DNA of 64,000 nucleotides from Podarcis pityusensis (taxonomy: Eukaryota): assembly GCA_964106645.2 (NCBI GenBank), contig OZ078259.1, one strand, 5' to 3'. Position 1 is the stretch's first letter. Every line of letters begins with the position of its first letter. The notes under the pieces were generated by a model that searched no databases, was not told where the DNA came from, and saw nothing but the letters and a program-made list of their open reading frames with translations. This document shows positions 26,190 to 40,549 of the stretch, one piece after another. The translations under genes and the position numbers were made by a program.

Positions 26190-26928
26190 CCCTACAATAT
26201 GTTATTTTGCCTATTTTATTGAGAACCTCACAGCTTAAAACACTACTTTTAATTTGGGAGTGTGGTATTATTTATTAAATAGTTACAGACTTTGACATTT
26301 GTACTGCAAAACCATGTTGTAAAACATTGTTATAAGGTCTTGGGTAATATAACATCTTCATGTTGTCTTCTCCATGCAGTTTGTTGAGATTGTGCCATTC
26401 TCTGAAATGGAACTGATTTTTTTTTACTACGTAGCTTCATAATTATTATAGTTTCCTGCTAGCTCAAGTTAAAACATTTCTATATAACTCCCTTGTGCTT
26501 TCAAGCTCAATTGCTCCTTATGGAACATAATACACTGACAACTGTATATGTGAATGAGCAGCATCTGCAAGTGGGCAGTATGCACACAGAGGCAGCTGTT
26601 GTCAAATGAAACGTTTCGAAAACCCAAACTCTCAATGGATGGAATGACACTACAGCTGCTGAGAAGTCCAACCCCATGGTATTCATACTAGGAAACCTTA
26701 GGCACCTTCACAAAACCTTGTTTTGTGGATGGTAATCACTGCTTGTTTTGAGATGCTAACTCTTGAGCCTTCTCAGCTATGGCACCTGGTCTTCAGAATT
26801 CCATCTCCTGGCTGCTTTTTAAAAGTTTGTAACAACATTCCTTGTTCTTAAGCTTTTAATCTCTGCACTTACTGATATGACTATGTCTGTTCCTGAATAG
26901 TAGGGAACCCTACTGAAAGGGGTTGGTT

Positions 26929-27070
26929 CATGGGCGTAACCAGGATTTTTTTGGCGGGGGGGCACAGAAAGTTGTTGAGGTAAAATTCCCCCCAAAATCC
27001 CATTGCAGGGGTCAGGCTTCGGGGGGGGGGGACGACAACTGCCCCCCTCCTCTCCTTGGCTATGTCCATG
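26929..27070. mobile_element. MITE with GC-rich terminal inverted repeats
   Basis: CATGGGCGTAACCAGG / CCTTGGCTATGTCCATG termini and internal G/C runs. TSD not clear. Confidence 0.6.
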
Positions 27071-28113
27071 TGGTACTGATAGAAAAGGAGAAAATATCAG
27101 AAAATTGGGAAATCCACTCACAGAAAGTGGCTTCATCTCTTTGTTTTTTGAGAGAGAATGCAGTTATGATTAAATACTTTTTTGTGTTTTCTTGCCCTGC
27201 CTTGGAAAAGAACACACTAAGATTTCAGAAATGAATTGTGCTTGCTCCTAAAGCTACACTTGTGGGGTTTTAAAACATCAAACTATCATGATAAATTCCA
27301 AAGACTAAAATAACAGGAACAGCAGCTGTGAGAGTCAAATGTAAATTCCGTCCCCCTCAGAGCAGCGGCGGCAAGCCATCACAAAATACTGAATAGGGCA
27401 CATCTCAAGCAAAAAACCTCCAGGCCTGGACAATATAGGGAAGCTTTGAAAGGATCATTGATAATAATTAACATGTTATTATAACTTAATGCAATAACAC
27501 ATGTAGAAAATAAAAGCACACCACATTTTGGGGGTGAATAGTTTATGTCAATGTAATCTGCTTATAATCGAACCAAATATAACCCAATATTTTGAATTTT
27601 CAAATTTTTTTAAAAAATCATTTTCCCGTCTGGGAAACTGAAATTCATTCCTGCAGATGAATTTTTCTCATCAAAGTTTTCAACTTTTCAGCAAAGTTTT
27701 GGGAATGCGACCTACAATCCTAAATGATTTAATTTCACAAGAAGTAATGGGAACCGAAGGAAAGTAAATATTTGAAAAATATATAACATACCATTTACTC
27801 AAAATACTTCTTGGAAATATATTCCCTTCTTTCATGTGAGTCACATTCAACATTCTCCCCACAAGCATGCTTAGAATTGCAACTTTAGGGTAAATTAACA
27901 CAACCAAATAATTCAGATGGGTTTGTTTTTCTGTGTTCAACATGTGTATTTGATCATTGTAAAAATCCAATGTGAGTTAGAATCCTATCAGTCTGGATTC
28001 TGGAGCACTTCTTTTTCCCCTGGGAAGGTCCTCCTGCATAAATGGGCTTTTACTGGCTCTTTTCTCTTGTCCTCCAACAAACCAGAATATCTGTCCTCTT
28101 CAACCATATAGAA

Positions 28114-28370
28114 CCATATAGGTAAGCAAACTTTTTCAGCAGGGGGGGCTGGTCCACTGTCCCTCAGACCTTGTGGGGGGCCGGACTATATTTTGAAAAA
28201 GAAAGAAAGAACTAATTCCTATGCCCCACAAATAACCCAGAGATGCATTTTAAATAAAAGCACACATTCTACTCATGTAAAAATATGCTGATTCCCGGAC
28301 CATCCGCGGGACAGATTGAGAAGGCGATTGGACCGCATCTGGCCCCCAGGCCTTAGTTTGCCTACCCATG
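28114..28370 (+). mobile_element. hAT (Charlie-like) MITE
   Basis: 8-bp direct repeat ATATAGAA at 28106-28113 and 28371-28378. Closely similar to the reverse complement of 59468-59752. Confidence 0.85.
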
Positions 28371-31117
28371 ATATAGAAGATGGAAGGCACATCTAACTGG
28401 GCACCTTTATTGAAGAAGAGTTGATGCTTGCATTCTAGGTGTCACAGTAACCCTAGTGACACAGTGTGAAGTGATACTCTGTCTACATACTAATACTAGA
28501 ATAATCCCAAGAAAAGCAAGTGGTGAGTCAGGGAGCAGCCACATCTTTTCATCTAGGATGGAAGCATGTTTTAAAACACAAATCCACAGGTCCATGTAAC
28601 AAATCATACAGGTTGTTTAAACATGCTTAGTCTAGTCCTTTTGGATAGTGGGGTTCAAGATACTCTCTAGCAGCTATTTCATTTTTGGCTGAAAAGGTGT
28701 TTTCTGCTGAGAAAATTATTTCTGAAAGCCATTCTTAATTTGTTTTTTCTTCTCCTCCCAGCATGCAGCACACCTGAGGAAACAGTGGCCTTTTTGCAAT
28801 TTCTGTGAACTTTTAACTGTCCTTCTTCCAGCTGAATGGACATTCATTTTCTTAACTCAACCTAGTGTGTGACGTGGATTAATTTAAGCATGATACTTTG
28901 TTCTGTATTTTGCACTGTTGTAGTTTAAGTGATCAAAAGCTGCAAGACAGAGCATGGGAATACTGAAATTGCTGCTTTCCCTGGTTGGAGGCAGACAGTA
29001 ACTCTGACATTAAAAAGACCACTTCATGTCACCAAGTGCCAAGTCATGGATGAAAACTGCATGTGCCTGTTGCATTTTCCCTTCTGGCATGAAGAACTGC
29101 ATTTTCTGCAATTTGTCAAATGAACTTGATTTCACTGATTTTATATTTGTGGATATACCACTTCTTTCAACATTTCAATGCTGATTCTTCAGGGAAACTT
29201 AAAAAAAAATCTTTCAGAATCCAGGAACTGGTTTTTTTATCTGGCAATTTGGCACTTGTTCCCACAAATTCGATGTATTTTAGCATTTTCAGACAACCCC
29301 TTAATATGTAGCCCAATTCAGATAAATGATGGAAGACCATGTAACTTGTACCAGCTTGCAGAACTTCCTTAATGTGTGGTGGGGGGTCAAAAGAATACAC
29401 AGCAGCTCTCACAGCCAATGATTTCTTGTAGCTGGAGGTGCTGGAGCCCAATACAATAAGCTGCTCTTTCTCCTTCTTTTGAAACTTTTCTCAATAGGTA
29501 ATAAAAAATATATTCCTATGTTGCTGGTTCCCATTCCTGCCTGAGCTGTTACAGGTTTGCTCAACAATTTCACCACTTTCATAATGCCTGTGCAACCTGC
29601 ATAGAAGCTTGCCTGTTAGTTGATGCTTTTACATATTGGAAATAACTCACTGTTTGCTTTCAAAGGCAACATCACTACTTAGATGCTCTTCAGGACAACG
29701 TGCTCTTTAGAACCTGTATCGTCACCAAATGTGCCCTAATACTGCATGACTTCATAAGAAACCAATGTGTGTTCCCTTTCACTACATTTTTGTTCTGTTA
29801 GTACAACAACTGCAATAAATGGATAGTTAAAACAATTCTGATATATGAAGCAATTATGTCCGTCTTTAAGAATAAAAATTATTTCACATGCTCTGTTTTA
29901 TTCCTGACAAATAACAGCTAAGCTACATATTACAATAAATTTATGAGTTCTACACCATTCATGGTTCCTTTTGGGGGGGAAATATTTGGGGACACTGAAA
30001 CTTGACAAAAGGATATGGAAATGAGGAAAAAGAGAACAGAATGATGGTGGTGGAATTGGATGTGGTGGAAGTTTTTGAACATTCACTACAATTAAGTGTG
30101 ACCAGAACAGGCAGGCTAAAATTGGTAACTTTGGAACACTGGGTAGAAAAAGAATGTATTAAGTATTTCAGAGCACCTTAAATACTCCCATGAGGGTGAG
30201 ACTGCAGCTGAACTAAGCAGGCAGATGCTTCATATGGTTTCTAGAGCTGCACTAAAGCTGTCATGGAAGTAAAAACATCCACCCCCACACCTGTAACTCT
30301 GGTGTGAAAGGAAATATAGCCAGCAGGAAATGTTACAGTGGCAACATCTTGTGTGGGTAGTCTTTCTCGTTGGCATGCAGACCTGGGAACACCTACCTAA
30401 AGAAGTCTGAGATGGTAAGCTCAATTTCCAAAAGCTTTAAATTATGTGTGGTTGGAAAAAACAAAAGACTTGTGAAACCATGCACTAACTGGTCATATTT
30501 TTTTGTAATTGTTGCCTTGCTGACCCAGAGTAAAATTTAACTGAATTCCTAGCTGGGACAATCATTTCTTTACAAATAAAAGTCAGTAATGAACCAAGGG
30601 GACACAACAGCAAGTGACTGTGGATAGAGAAAAATATCTTATTCCCAAACTGTTGCCCAAAAGTATGGAAATAGTTTGTACTTTCCAAAAAATTAGCAAA
30701 TGTTTTCTCTAGTGTTTCTTCCCATTTCTGATATTCTGTTTCTGCTTTTTCTTCTGGTTAGATAAAAGTGTATGTGGTGGTATAGCAGCAAAATCTAGAA
30801 GTGTTATACTGTAGGTTAAACAATGGGGGAAGTATAAAACTTTACAGAATGAAAATACATTAATATAAAAACTCAGCTAGATACACAGCAAGTGAAGTAA
30901 CTGTAAAATTAACATATGTCTGTCCCAAGAAAAAATTAACAAAGAGGTACATATTATCTGTCAAAATAAAGTCAAAGATAATAAATAAGCAGCTGAAGCT
31001 ACATTGGAATGAGAAGATGGAAAATATAGAACACTAATCTAAATCAAACCGCCGCCCCCCATTCATATGTAAAAAGAATAGGGTGAAGAATAGTGTGATT
31101 CTATAGTTATCCAATTA

Positions 31118-31132
31118 ATGATGATGATGATG

Positions 31133-31176
<44 letters not shown>
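31118..31176. repeat. Compound (GAT)n(AAT)n microsatellite, probably a retroelement tail
   Basis: Direct reading. Followed by an L2-type tail-like sequence in reverse orientation. Confidence 0.9.
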
Positions 31177-33188
31177 TACACACCCTTTACCCTAAGGACC
31201 CAGGGCAGGTTATAACATTAAAACATAATGTTAAAAACTGCTTAAAAAACTTGCAATAAGCATAGCTTTCTTGTTTCCTCCATCTGCTTGAGACTGTAGA
31301 AGCAGGTGTGTCTGTGAAGCACCTTTAAGACCACAACACACAGGTGGTAGCTTGCATTCAACAAGTTACAAGTGGTGCAGGCCCTGTTTCTTCCCATCAG
31401 ATATCTAGTGCAATAATGAACAGCTAATGGTCAAAGGAACCACTGCCCCATTCTAGATTCAAAGTATGCCATGCAACATCTCCTGAATAATATATTTACT
31501 GCTACCAAGAAGTTTAAAAGCTGGGGTGCCTTTACCGTGTGCTAGTTCTGATGTGGGAAACCCAGGCTCAAATCCCTGCCTGCTGATGAGGTTTACTGGG
31601 TGTTCAAGTTGGCTTGCAGCACAACTTCTATCACATGACTGTTATGGGGTTGATATGGCTGTTCTTGCATTTGTACTTTCGACAACCAACTTTTTATTAT
31701 GAACGCCATATTGTCTTACTTGTAGCCAGGGGTGCCAGCATGAATAAAAAATTGGGGAGACCCAGGAAAGTCTTGTCCTGCATAATCAATCACAAGACAC
31801 AACACTTGCACACCATTTGAATGGCAATGCTTATCAGCTTGGGGAGAGGCAGCCCCCTCCAATATTTTAGGGGTGAGCAAAGGGACCTCAGCCCCTAGGA
31901 GTTGGCTCCTATGCTTGGAGCATCTTTCTCTGCCTTCCACAGCAGTGGAGTACACATTTAAATCAGGTTTCTACCCCTAATCCTTAAAATGTATTAAAGC
32001 CACTTAAATGAAGAAATGCCACATTTTATTTACAGACTTAGGGCTAGTCCACTGTTAGTCTTATTTAGAGCAGACACACTGAACTTAATGAACATGACTA
32101 ATTTAGGTCCATTACTTTCAGTGAGTCTGCTCTGATTAACATACTTTATGGAGTACATTAAGTGCTTTATGGAGAACTGATGGTCTTTGTACAAGAAGGC
32201 TATCTTTCTTCCAATTCTTCCAGCTAGAATTCCTGTTCCAAGGGGATTTATGGAGCTAAGGATACTTATTTTGTGGAAAGAGAATGTCCTGAAATAAAGT
32301 ACATTTCCTAACAGTCGTGCATTCCCTAGAAAGGACAGGATTGCCTGAAATGTCTCTTTTGCAACAGGCAGATCCAAGGATGCCAAAGAAAGCACTCCAA
32401 GGGTTAGTTTTCTAAACTCCTGGCTCCTAAACGTGCTACTGTGCGGAGAAGAGGACAGGGGTGGGGGGAGGCTCCATAAGATGAGAAGCTATCAGGATGC
32501 TTTCCAGAGAGTGAGCTCATGGGCAGCTGCTTCCATAGGCAAAAAATATTTTCCATCTACACAAACACTTTTCCATTGTTATTTAAGCCAGACTCTTAGG
32601 ATATGTGGGCAGTATAGCAGCATTCATTAGTGTATCATGAACTCAGGCAAATAATCACCTGGGGGAAGCACCATGTTCTGACACCCTGCAATTCAATTAA
32701 TCAACAGATAGGCATAGCATACATGAGGAGGAGGTAACTTGGCAGAAGGGAGTCTGTGGCTGCTAAATTGAATAACAAGGGAATTTGTGGGAAATGCAAC
32801 TCTCAGCAGGAAGGGTACACCAGGACACTTACTTGCTGTTCTTCCTCCTCATACTTAAATAAGTTTGAGATGCCTGAGAAAGAAAAGAAATTCACTGACT
32901 CTGGCGATGCCCTACATCCCTCATCACAGAACAGTCAATGATCTGTAGGCTGTAGGGATCAGGAAAAGTATCCTGTTGAGGATCCAGAACGCATCACGCC
33001 ATGTCACTGGAAACATGCCCATTGATTAATAGAGTTGAGAAGCAGACCAGCTGGCTTGAACATGCTCAAATAGCAGCTGCAGATATGTGAGCTTCTTTTT
33101 TGAAGGAAAGGAGGGAAGCAGCACAGTCCTGTTTCCACAAGATTCACCCCATTGCCTAAAAGGTGTCACCCTTCAATACCTTTATTGC

Positions 33189-33433
33189 TGTTAAGTTGTG
33201 GGTGAACATATCAGACGACACAGTGATTCTTCAAACAGCTCTTGTTTATTCACAGGCCAGGACAGAACTGAACAGCAAACAGCTCAGCCGGCCTGCTTTT
33301 ATAGGCAGCCGGCTGTCAACATTGTAGCAACAACAACCCAGGGTTTCCCGCCTAAAGTAACTAACGTGGACCTGAGTGAAAACTACATACACGATACTCC
33401 TTTTGGCCAGGGTGAGAACTTCAATACATAACA
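33189..33433 (-). mobile_element. Probable solo LTR, 245 bp
   Basis: TGTTA...TAACA termini. The minus strand has TATAAAAG followed about 60 nt later by AATAAA. No convincing TSD. Confidence 0.6.
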
Positions 33434-34574
33434 TTTACAGGATAACAGCGTTCAGGAATGTTAGCTTCAACTTAATGCCACAATGTGATGACACCCCCCA
33501 ATTTTGTGCTTACCATCATGAGCAAAGAGTAAACATCAGGAGGGTCTTATGCCACACAGAACTGCCCCTTTGCTTTAAGTTCTGAATTTAGAACAAAAGT
33601 ACTGTACTCCTGTTAACCTGAAAGTGGTGATACAGAGCTGAAACACAGTGACAAAAGAGTATTTTTTCAAGCAGCACAATACTGACATGTGGAATTCAGC
33701 ATTCCTTTTACATAATCCTATATGCACTTGCCTAGAGTAAGCTCCACTGGATACAATAGGACTTCTGAGTAAACATGCATAGTGTGGCACAGTAAAAACA
33801 GGTTAGACAAATTAATGGAGAATAAGTCTCTCAACGGCTATTAGACATGACACCGAAACAAAGTACCTCCATGTTCACAAGTGGAGGTAAAGTAATCAGG
33901 GGATAAGTGCTTCTATTACGTCCTGTCTGTGATCTTCCTGCAGGCATCTGATTGGCCTCTGTTGAACACAGAGGCCTGGACTTGATGGACTGACACACTC
34001 AGAAGGTAATGGACCAACCTTAACAACAGTGCCTTCTCAGTATCTCCCTATTGTTCTGCAATTGCCGACAGTGGCAATAGGCAGAATCTAATATGACTCC
34101 CACATATGCAGGATCAGTTATTATTTGGGACAGATTATAGCTACCAAGGAAACTACAAACTTATGAAGTTGTCAAAAAACTTGACTCCACATATAATCTT
34201 TAAGCCTCAATAGATAGGTCTGTCTCCCATTTTGGGGAGTTTTGGCTTTTTTACTATTTCCAAATTAGAGATAATGTTATATATCATACATAATACTCCT
34301 CATGTTTGGTCACCTGACAATAAGTTTTTAAACATAGTATACTCTGTTAGGGATCTGTGTTGTGCCAGTGAATGGTTTAACAACTGCTTTATCTGAAGAT
34401 ACTAAAGAAATGACATCTGGCTTCACTCATATCACATTTGATTTACTAACTTTTAATATATTTTTGATTTCAATATCCAAAACTGCACATTGTTCAGTAG
34501 TTCTTTCTTTTCAAATTCTGCATTACGATAAATTGCTGTCCATGGTGACATTATCTGTTGCCAGCTACAGTCAC

Positions 34575-35140
34575 TTTTGGACAGAGATGACTTGGCCACT
34601 CTGCTGGTAACTTCCAGGCTGGATTATTGCAGTGTGCTTTACATGGGGCTGCCCCTGAGGATGACTCAGAAACTTCAACTGGTCCAAAATACAGAGGCCA
34701 GTACTGGCCAAGATTCCATTTGGAATTCATATAATCCTTGTTTTAAAACAGCTGCACAGGTTGCCGGTTCACTTCCAGGCAAATTCAAGATTCTCACATT
34801 AATATTAGCATTTAAACCCCTAAGCAATTAAGGCCACAGATACCTGAACGACTGTCTCCTCCCCTACAAACCCTCTTGGGTTGAGGTCGGGAGAGGGGGC
34901 TCTCTTGCTAGTTCCACCATCCTTGGAAATTGGAGTAGGTAGTGACATGAGAGAGGGCATTCTCTGTGGAAGCCCCTAAATTGAATATGCACTTTTTTAT
35001 CCTGCATTTTAACTCTTGTGATATCTATATGGGGGGGGGGGGCATTCTTCTGATTTTAGCTGTTTTTAGTGTTTTGTTTTGTTTTATTGCAACCCACCCC
35101 GGGACTTTTATGATGAAGGATGAGTAAGAACACTTAAAAA
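34575..35140 (+). mobile_element. L2-clade LINE 3' fragment
   Basis: Translates LVTSRLDYCSVLYMGLPLRMTQKLQLVQN, the characteristic L2 ORF2 C-terminal region, then degenerates into a T-rich 3' UTR and tail. Confidence 0.85.
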
Positions 35141-35767
35141 CATGATAGTATATTTTCCCCCACCTTTGCATTAAGCAGCAGCAATTATCTGAGGTGTATC
35201 TGATACAAACTCCTGAACATCATCAGGGTGGTGTTGCATTTATTTGTCTGCCTCCAAGCTCCAGTAATGCCCCCCATAGCGTCCTCTGCTAATGACTGCC
35301 TCATTCAGCCATCTCCCATAGTAACTGTTTGTCCCCTAGGTCATGAAACCAAGTCCCAGAGATATCAATTAAAAAAGAATTCATAATATTACCATAACAA
35401 CCATAAACAAAAAACAAACATCAGAAAAAGGACAGCAGAAGTAGTAGTTTTAAACAAGTACATACATGACTCAAATCACTGTTTCTGTGTAATGTAATTT
35501 ATGTAACTAAGTCCCTTTATAAATGTTCCCTGTACTTTCAGGTCTTACTTTGTAAAATGAAAGAAGCCAGAATCACATGCCATTCCTCTTAATCACATGT
35601 GTGTAAAGGTGGCTATATGATGACACAATGCCCTGGAACATCCTCAGAGGTAAACCACTCTCCGGTTAGCAAACAGAAGCAACTATAGAAACATGGGAGA
35701 TTCAGATTCAATGGCACAACATTGTCTTCTGAAACAGATGATCCACATATTCTAATGTTCTTATTTA

Positions 35768-36137
35768 GGTAAAGGTAAAGGTACCCCTGCCCGTACGGGC
35801 CAGTCGTGTCCGACTCTAGGGTTGCGCGCTCATCTCGCTCAAGAGGCCGTGAGCCGGCGCCGTCCGAAGACACTTCCGGGTCACGTGGCCAGCGTGACGA
35901 AGCTGCAGCTGGTGAGCCAGCACCAGCGCAGCACACGGAAACGCCGTTTACCTTCCCGCTATAAAGCGGTACCTATTTATCTACTTGCACTTAAGGGTGC
36001 TTTCGAACTGCTAGGTGGGCAGGAGCTGGGATCGAACGACGGGAGCTCACCCCGCCGCGGGGATTTGAACCGCCAACCATGCGATCAGCAAGTCCTAGGC
36101 ACTGAGGTTTTACCCACAGCGCCACCCGCGTCCCTGG
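35768..36137 (-). mobile_element. Full-length Sauria SINE (Squam1), young copy
   Basis: Minus strand begins GGGACGCGGGTGGCGCTGTGG (A box), has GGTTCAAATCC (B box) and ends in (ACCTTT)n. Perfect 14-bp TSD AATGTTCTTATTTA at 35754-35767 and 36138-36151. CpG-rich. Confidence 0.95.
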
Positions 36138-36472
36138 AATGTTCTTATTTACATAGAGCTAAATATCCTAATACTATTATTTCTGTAGTGGCATCAATGT
36201 ACATGACACTTTGTAGAGTATTAAAAGCAACTTCCAATCTTACGTTTAACGTAGAGAAGGGAGGAAAGGGAAGCAAGGATAGGAAGGGAAAGAACACTTT
36301 AGGCTTCATTTCAGGATCGGGACTAAGAGATTGCGGCTTCAGGGAAAAGTTGGGATTTGAAGAACCATTTGAAGAGGAGGGAAGGCGTGGCATGACAAAG
36401 GCTTATGGGAGGCATAAGGAGCAACATGAGACCAAAGGTGGAGTTTTTCCTCCAGTGCTTTGAATGCAAATA

Positions 36473-36698
36473 CAGTGGTACCTCGGGTTACATACGCTTC
36501 AGGTTACAGACTCTGCTAACCCAGAAATAGTACCTCGGGTTAAGAACTTTGCTTCAGGATGAGAACAGAAATCGTGCTCCAGTGGCGGGGCGGCAGCAGG
36601 AGGCCCCATTACCTAAAGTGGTGCTTCAGGTTAAGAACAGTTTCAGGTTAAGAACAGACCTCCGGAACGAATGAAGTTCTTAACCCGAGGTACCACTG
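36473..36698. mobile_element. Tigger/pogo-like MITE, 226 bp (copy 2)
   Basis: Perfect 18-bp TIR CAGTGGTACCTCGGGTTA, TA TSD. Confidence 0.92.
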
Positions 36699-39181
36699 TA
36701 GAAATAAAAGAAGAAATGAAAACTGTTTTCTGTTGAAAGGAAAAAATTGTTCCAATTTAAATATTATGCATTTTCTTTCAAGAGGAAGTTGTTTTATTTA
36801 AAGCACTGGAGGAAACACTTTGAAGACAAGCTGCTTTTTCTGCAGAGGAGTTTAGGAAAGGGTCTCCTTGTAACCAATGACCATCTGATCAGTGGTTATA
36901 GGGAGTCTCCTCAAAGGTGTGGTCTGTGTGGCTCCTCAGGCCTTTGCAAGATCTCGTGAGGCCTTCTCAGAGCCCAGTAAGCAAGTATGAGAGGTTTGTC
37001 ATTTAATTTGTGCAATATAAGCTGGATGGCCTCCAAGCATATAAAGGTGCGATAGTGCCAATCCAACTTTATGTGTCTGAATCCCTCCTACAAAATACAG
37101 TCTGGAGGTACTCTTTATAACACAAAACTGCCAGGACGGCTCTAACATAGTGGTAACAAAACTATACAAAACCACCTTTTGTTACTGTCTGAAAGCAGCA
37201 CTGCTACTAGCAATGTGCTTCTTTGACTCTTGTAACAGGCACACTGTAATTGGCACACTTAAGCACTAGGGCACAGCGTGATAATACCCACCCACCCCCC
37301 TTTTCCAAGAGAGAAGTAATTACAGTGCGTTGATAGAAAAAACAGAAAGGACAAAAAATGCTTTGGCTCTAATAGACTTTATTCATTACAACCTTTTCCA
37401 CATCATTTTGCAATGTTGCAGTGTACTAAATCAAACACAGAACACCAAGAAAGAGCAACTTATCAATTTACCATTGACTGGTAAAACCCCCAAAGCACTG
37501 CGTCAGCAGACTGCAAAACCAGAGGCACCATTTTCAAAAGGTTAGCTCAGAGTCAGAAGGGGAAGCCAAAAAGTCTGTGGGTTTTTTGGTTTGCAGAAAT
37601 TTGGATGAAGCTTTCCGTGAATGAAGGGGCAGGAAAACTTTTCTGCTGAGATGAATCAACAGACTGGTTAGTCTTGGTAGGGCTTGTGGTATGTTAATGG
37701 TAAACTGAGGGTGGATTTTTGCCAAACCAATAAAATTGTTACATCTAATACAAAATGCCACCCCAGTGGTCAAATGAATGGGATCAGTCAGAGGAAAGTG
37801 TAAAGAAGAAATTCTGACCAGATTCCTTGCTTTAATCTAGGGCCATCTGGCTAGAAGACAGTACTGGTCAAGAGAAGCACTACACATTTGAATATGTAAT
37901 AAGATGACCAATTCCAAAAACCTACAGGAATTTTTTAAAGTATAATATTTAAAATAATTTTAAATGCTTATAAGAATCCAGAGCATATTGTTTAGCATAA
38001 AATTATATCTCCTGTTCATTAAGTATTTTAATCAAAAGGAGATCTTCTTAAAATTAAAGCTTTTGCTGCAAGTTATTGTCTGCATTGTTTGTATTATATT
38101 TTATGACATGTTCTGAGGGCATGTATTGAGAAGACAACAGGACATATGTAGCTTTGCAACTAAGAATTGTTGATCACTGGGCAATCTGTTGACTTCCAGG
38201 GGATTTGCTGAACACTTACCTGGGACAACCAACAAAGATGCACATATTTCAACTGCTCTCTGATATATTGGTTGCAGGACACTAGGTCAGGTCCTAGCAT
38301 GGCATAAATATACTAGATATACTAAATATGCTTTATGAGGCAGCTGCATTGCAGAAATACTTTAACTTGTCCCAAGTTTAAAGGCTTATGAAGGAACCTT
38401 ACACATGGATATCTTCTACAAAGGAGTTTCATTTCATCTTTTTGAAAATCAAAAAATCCATCACTTCCTGGAGCAAATTCAGAGTATCTGTTTCATCTAC
38501 CCTATGAATTTAAGATTAGCTCACCTGTCACGGCATTCCTATAGAAAGCCATAGGAGTTATATAGTTCTAAGGGAGCTACAGTTAGAATACAGTTAGAGT
38601 TAAATAGTTAAAGCGTTCTGTGGAGGTGCCACGACAATTAAAGCAATATCAAGTCAGCTTTTAAAAAGGCGTATCTGTGGCCCTGACTCTTCATTCAGCT
38701 CTTTCCCAGTGAGGTTTACTTTTTGCAGCCTCGGGCCACTACTGAATTAGAAATCCAATGCAAGGATGGAAAATTACAGGGCTAAAAGTAAATGTTTTAT
38801 GAGATGAGGTCTTTACATTTAAGCTCATGATTTTAAATAAATACATAGAATTACTTCAGCTGTTGAGATCTTTTGGATATGAGATCAGAAGATGCTTTTG
38901 GAAGGTCAGACAAGTAGTCATTAGAGAAACCATATAAGGGAGAGATAAGAGAATTATCTATTTTTAGAAAGCTAACTTTGCAGCTTCCATTGGAGTTCCT
39001 TTCATTAACTTCAAAATAAATAATCATTCCTTTATGGTTTTCCCTCCCAACCACTTACAGTCAGTGAATTTTGAGTGAAAAACTAATCTATAGGAATAAT
39101 TTAAAACTTGACAACTTTTCATTCACTTCAATCCTTCTGGCCAACACATGTCTTTCAAGGAAAGAAGGCAATCAGTTAGAC

Positions 39182-39386
39182 CAGAGCTTTCCAAACTGTG
39201 TGTCACGACACTTTAGCATGGTTGCTGCAGTGTGTAGGTGTGTCACCAAACACTCCCTGCATTCATCACAGGGCTGGAAAGGGGCTAGTTTTACCTCCAG
39301 TTTGTTAGTAAAACTGAATTACCATGTCATGAAATGATGCATGTCTAGAAAGTGTGTCACCAATGTGAAAAGTTTGGAAAGCTCTG
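39182..39386. mobile_element. hAT MITE, 205 bp
   Basis: Perfect 16-bp TIR CAGAGCTTTCCAAACT, 8-bp TSD AGTTAGAC/AGTTAGAT, GTGTGTCAC subterminal repeats. Confidence 0.9.
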
Positions 39387-39640
39387 AGTTAGATGGATAT
39401 TTTGTACATGAGGGAAAACTACACCATTCAGTGGAAACTTCCAAAATGAAATTACAAATTGTATTGCTTTAAAAATAAACAAAACTATTAAGATACCAGA
39501 AGTTTGTGAAGCAGCATTTAGAACTACCTATGGCAAAGTGTAACATACACCTCAATGCTCCCATATTTGCATGCGAAATTAGGCAGATGTCAAATTTCTT
39601 CCCACTTTTACTAAGCTTTAGCTCAATCAAATTTATTCTG

Positions 39641-39683
<43 letters not shown>

Positions 39684-39764
39684 ACACATTGCTATATTTT
39701 CACCCCACCTGTCACTTTTTTCCCAGGATGATAAGGAACCATTAGTGAACACTCTTTGAGTTTG

Positions 39765-39965
39765 GTCAGTCAACCAGTTACAAATTCACCTAACAGTTAC
39801 CTCATCCAGCCCACATGGTAATCTTCTCTGCAAGAATATCATAGGGGACCTTTGTCAAAAGTCTTACTGAAATCAAGATACACTATGTCCACAGCATTCT
39901 CCTGATCTACCAGGCTTGTAACTCTATCAAAAAAAGAAATGATATTTGTTTGCATGACTTGTTTT
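39765..39965 (-). mobile_element. CR1 LINE reverse transcriptase fragment
   Basis: Minus strand translates ISFFDRVTSLVDQENAVDIVYLDFSKTFDK, a CR1 RT motif, with frameshifts around it. Confidence 0.85.
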
Positions 39966-40549
39966 AGGATCCAGATGATTCTTCTGCAAGTTATAACTGC
40001 TCCAAGAAGTCTATTCACATGTTAAGATAGCAATCAGAAAAAAGTTTACAGTATCTCATTTAAGTGCTATTTCCAAATTGTCCAAAATATAACATTCCAT
40101 TTGAAAATATATAGCATAAAGTAGACCTGAAGCAGACAAGAGGAACAGGCATATATTACGGTTTAAAATTCAATTCCCTGAAGCAAGTGTTTTGCTTCAA
40201 AATAATGACTAATGTTTGACATGTTAAAACGCACAGATTTTACCAAGAAAATGTCATGGAAATCAACAGGATTATATAAAAAGCCTTTTAACACAGCAAT
40301 ATAAAAATAATACAGAATGCAGATTTCACAGCAGCTGTGTTGCTGGGGAAAATCAAAAACTTCTGAAGGTATGACTAGTAACATTCTTAACCAGAAAGAT
40401 TCATTGATACGTGTATGTAAGGATTTTGAAAATATTAATACAGTTTGGGATAATGTATATTTCAGTTGATGGTTTAGTGATGTACACAAACATTTGGGCC
40501 CAGCTACACTTTCCCATAGGTCCATACCTCTTTGCCCTGTTTTCAATTT

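Noticed and set aside
36040-36134. tRNA-like sequence with A and B boxes
   Set aside because: Head of the Sauria SINE, not a tRNA gene.
35822-36463. 213-aa plus-strand ORF
   Set aside because: Antisense reading of the GC-rich Sauria SINE plus flanking DNA.
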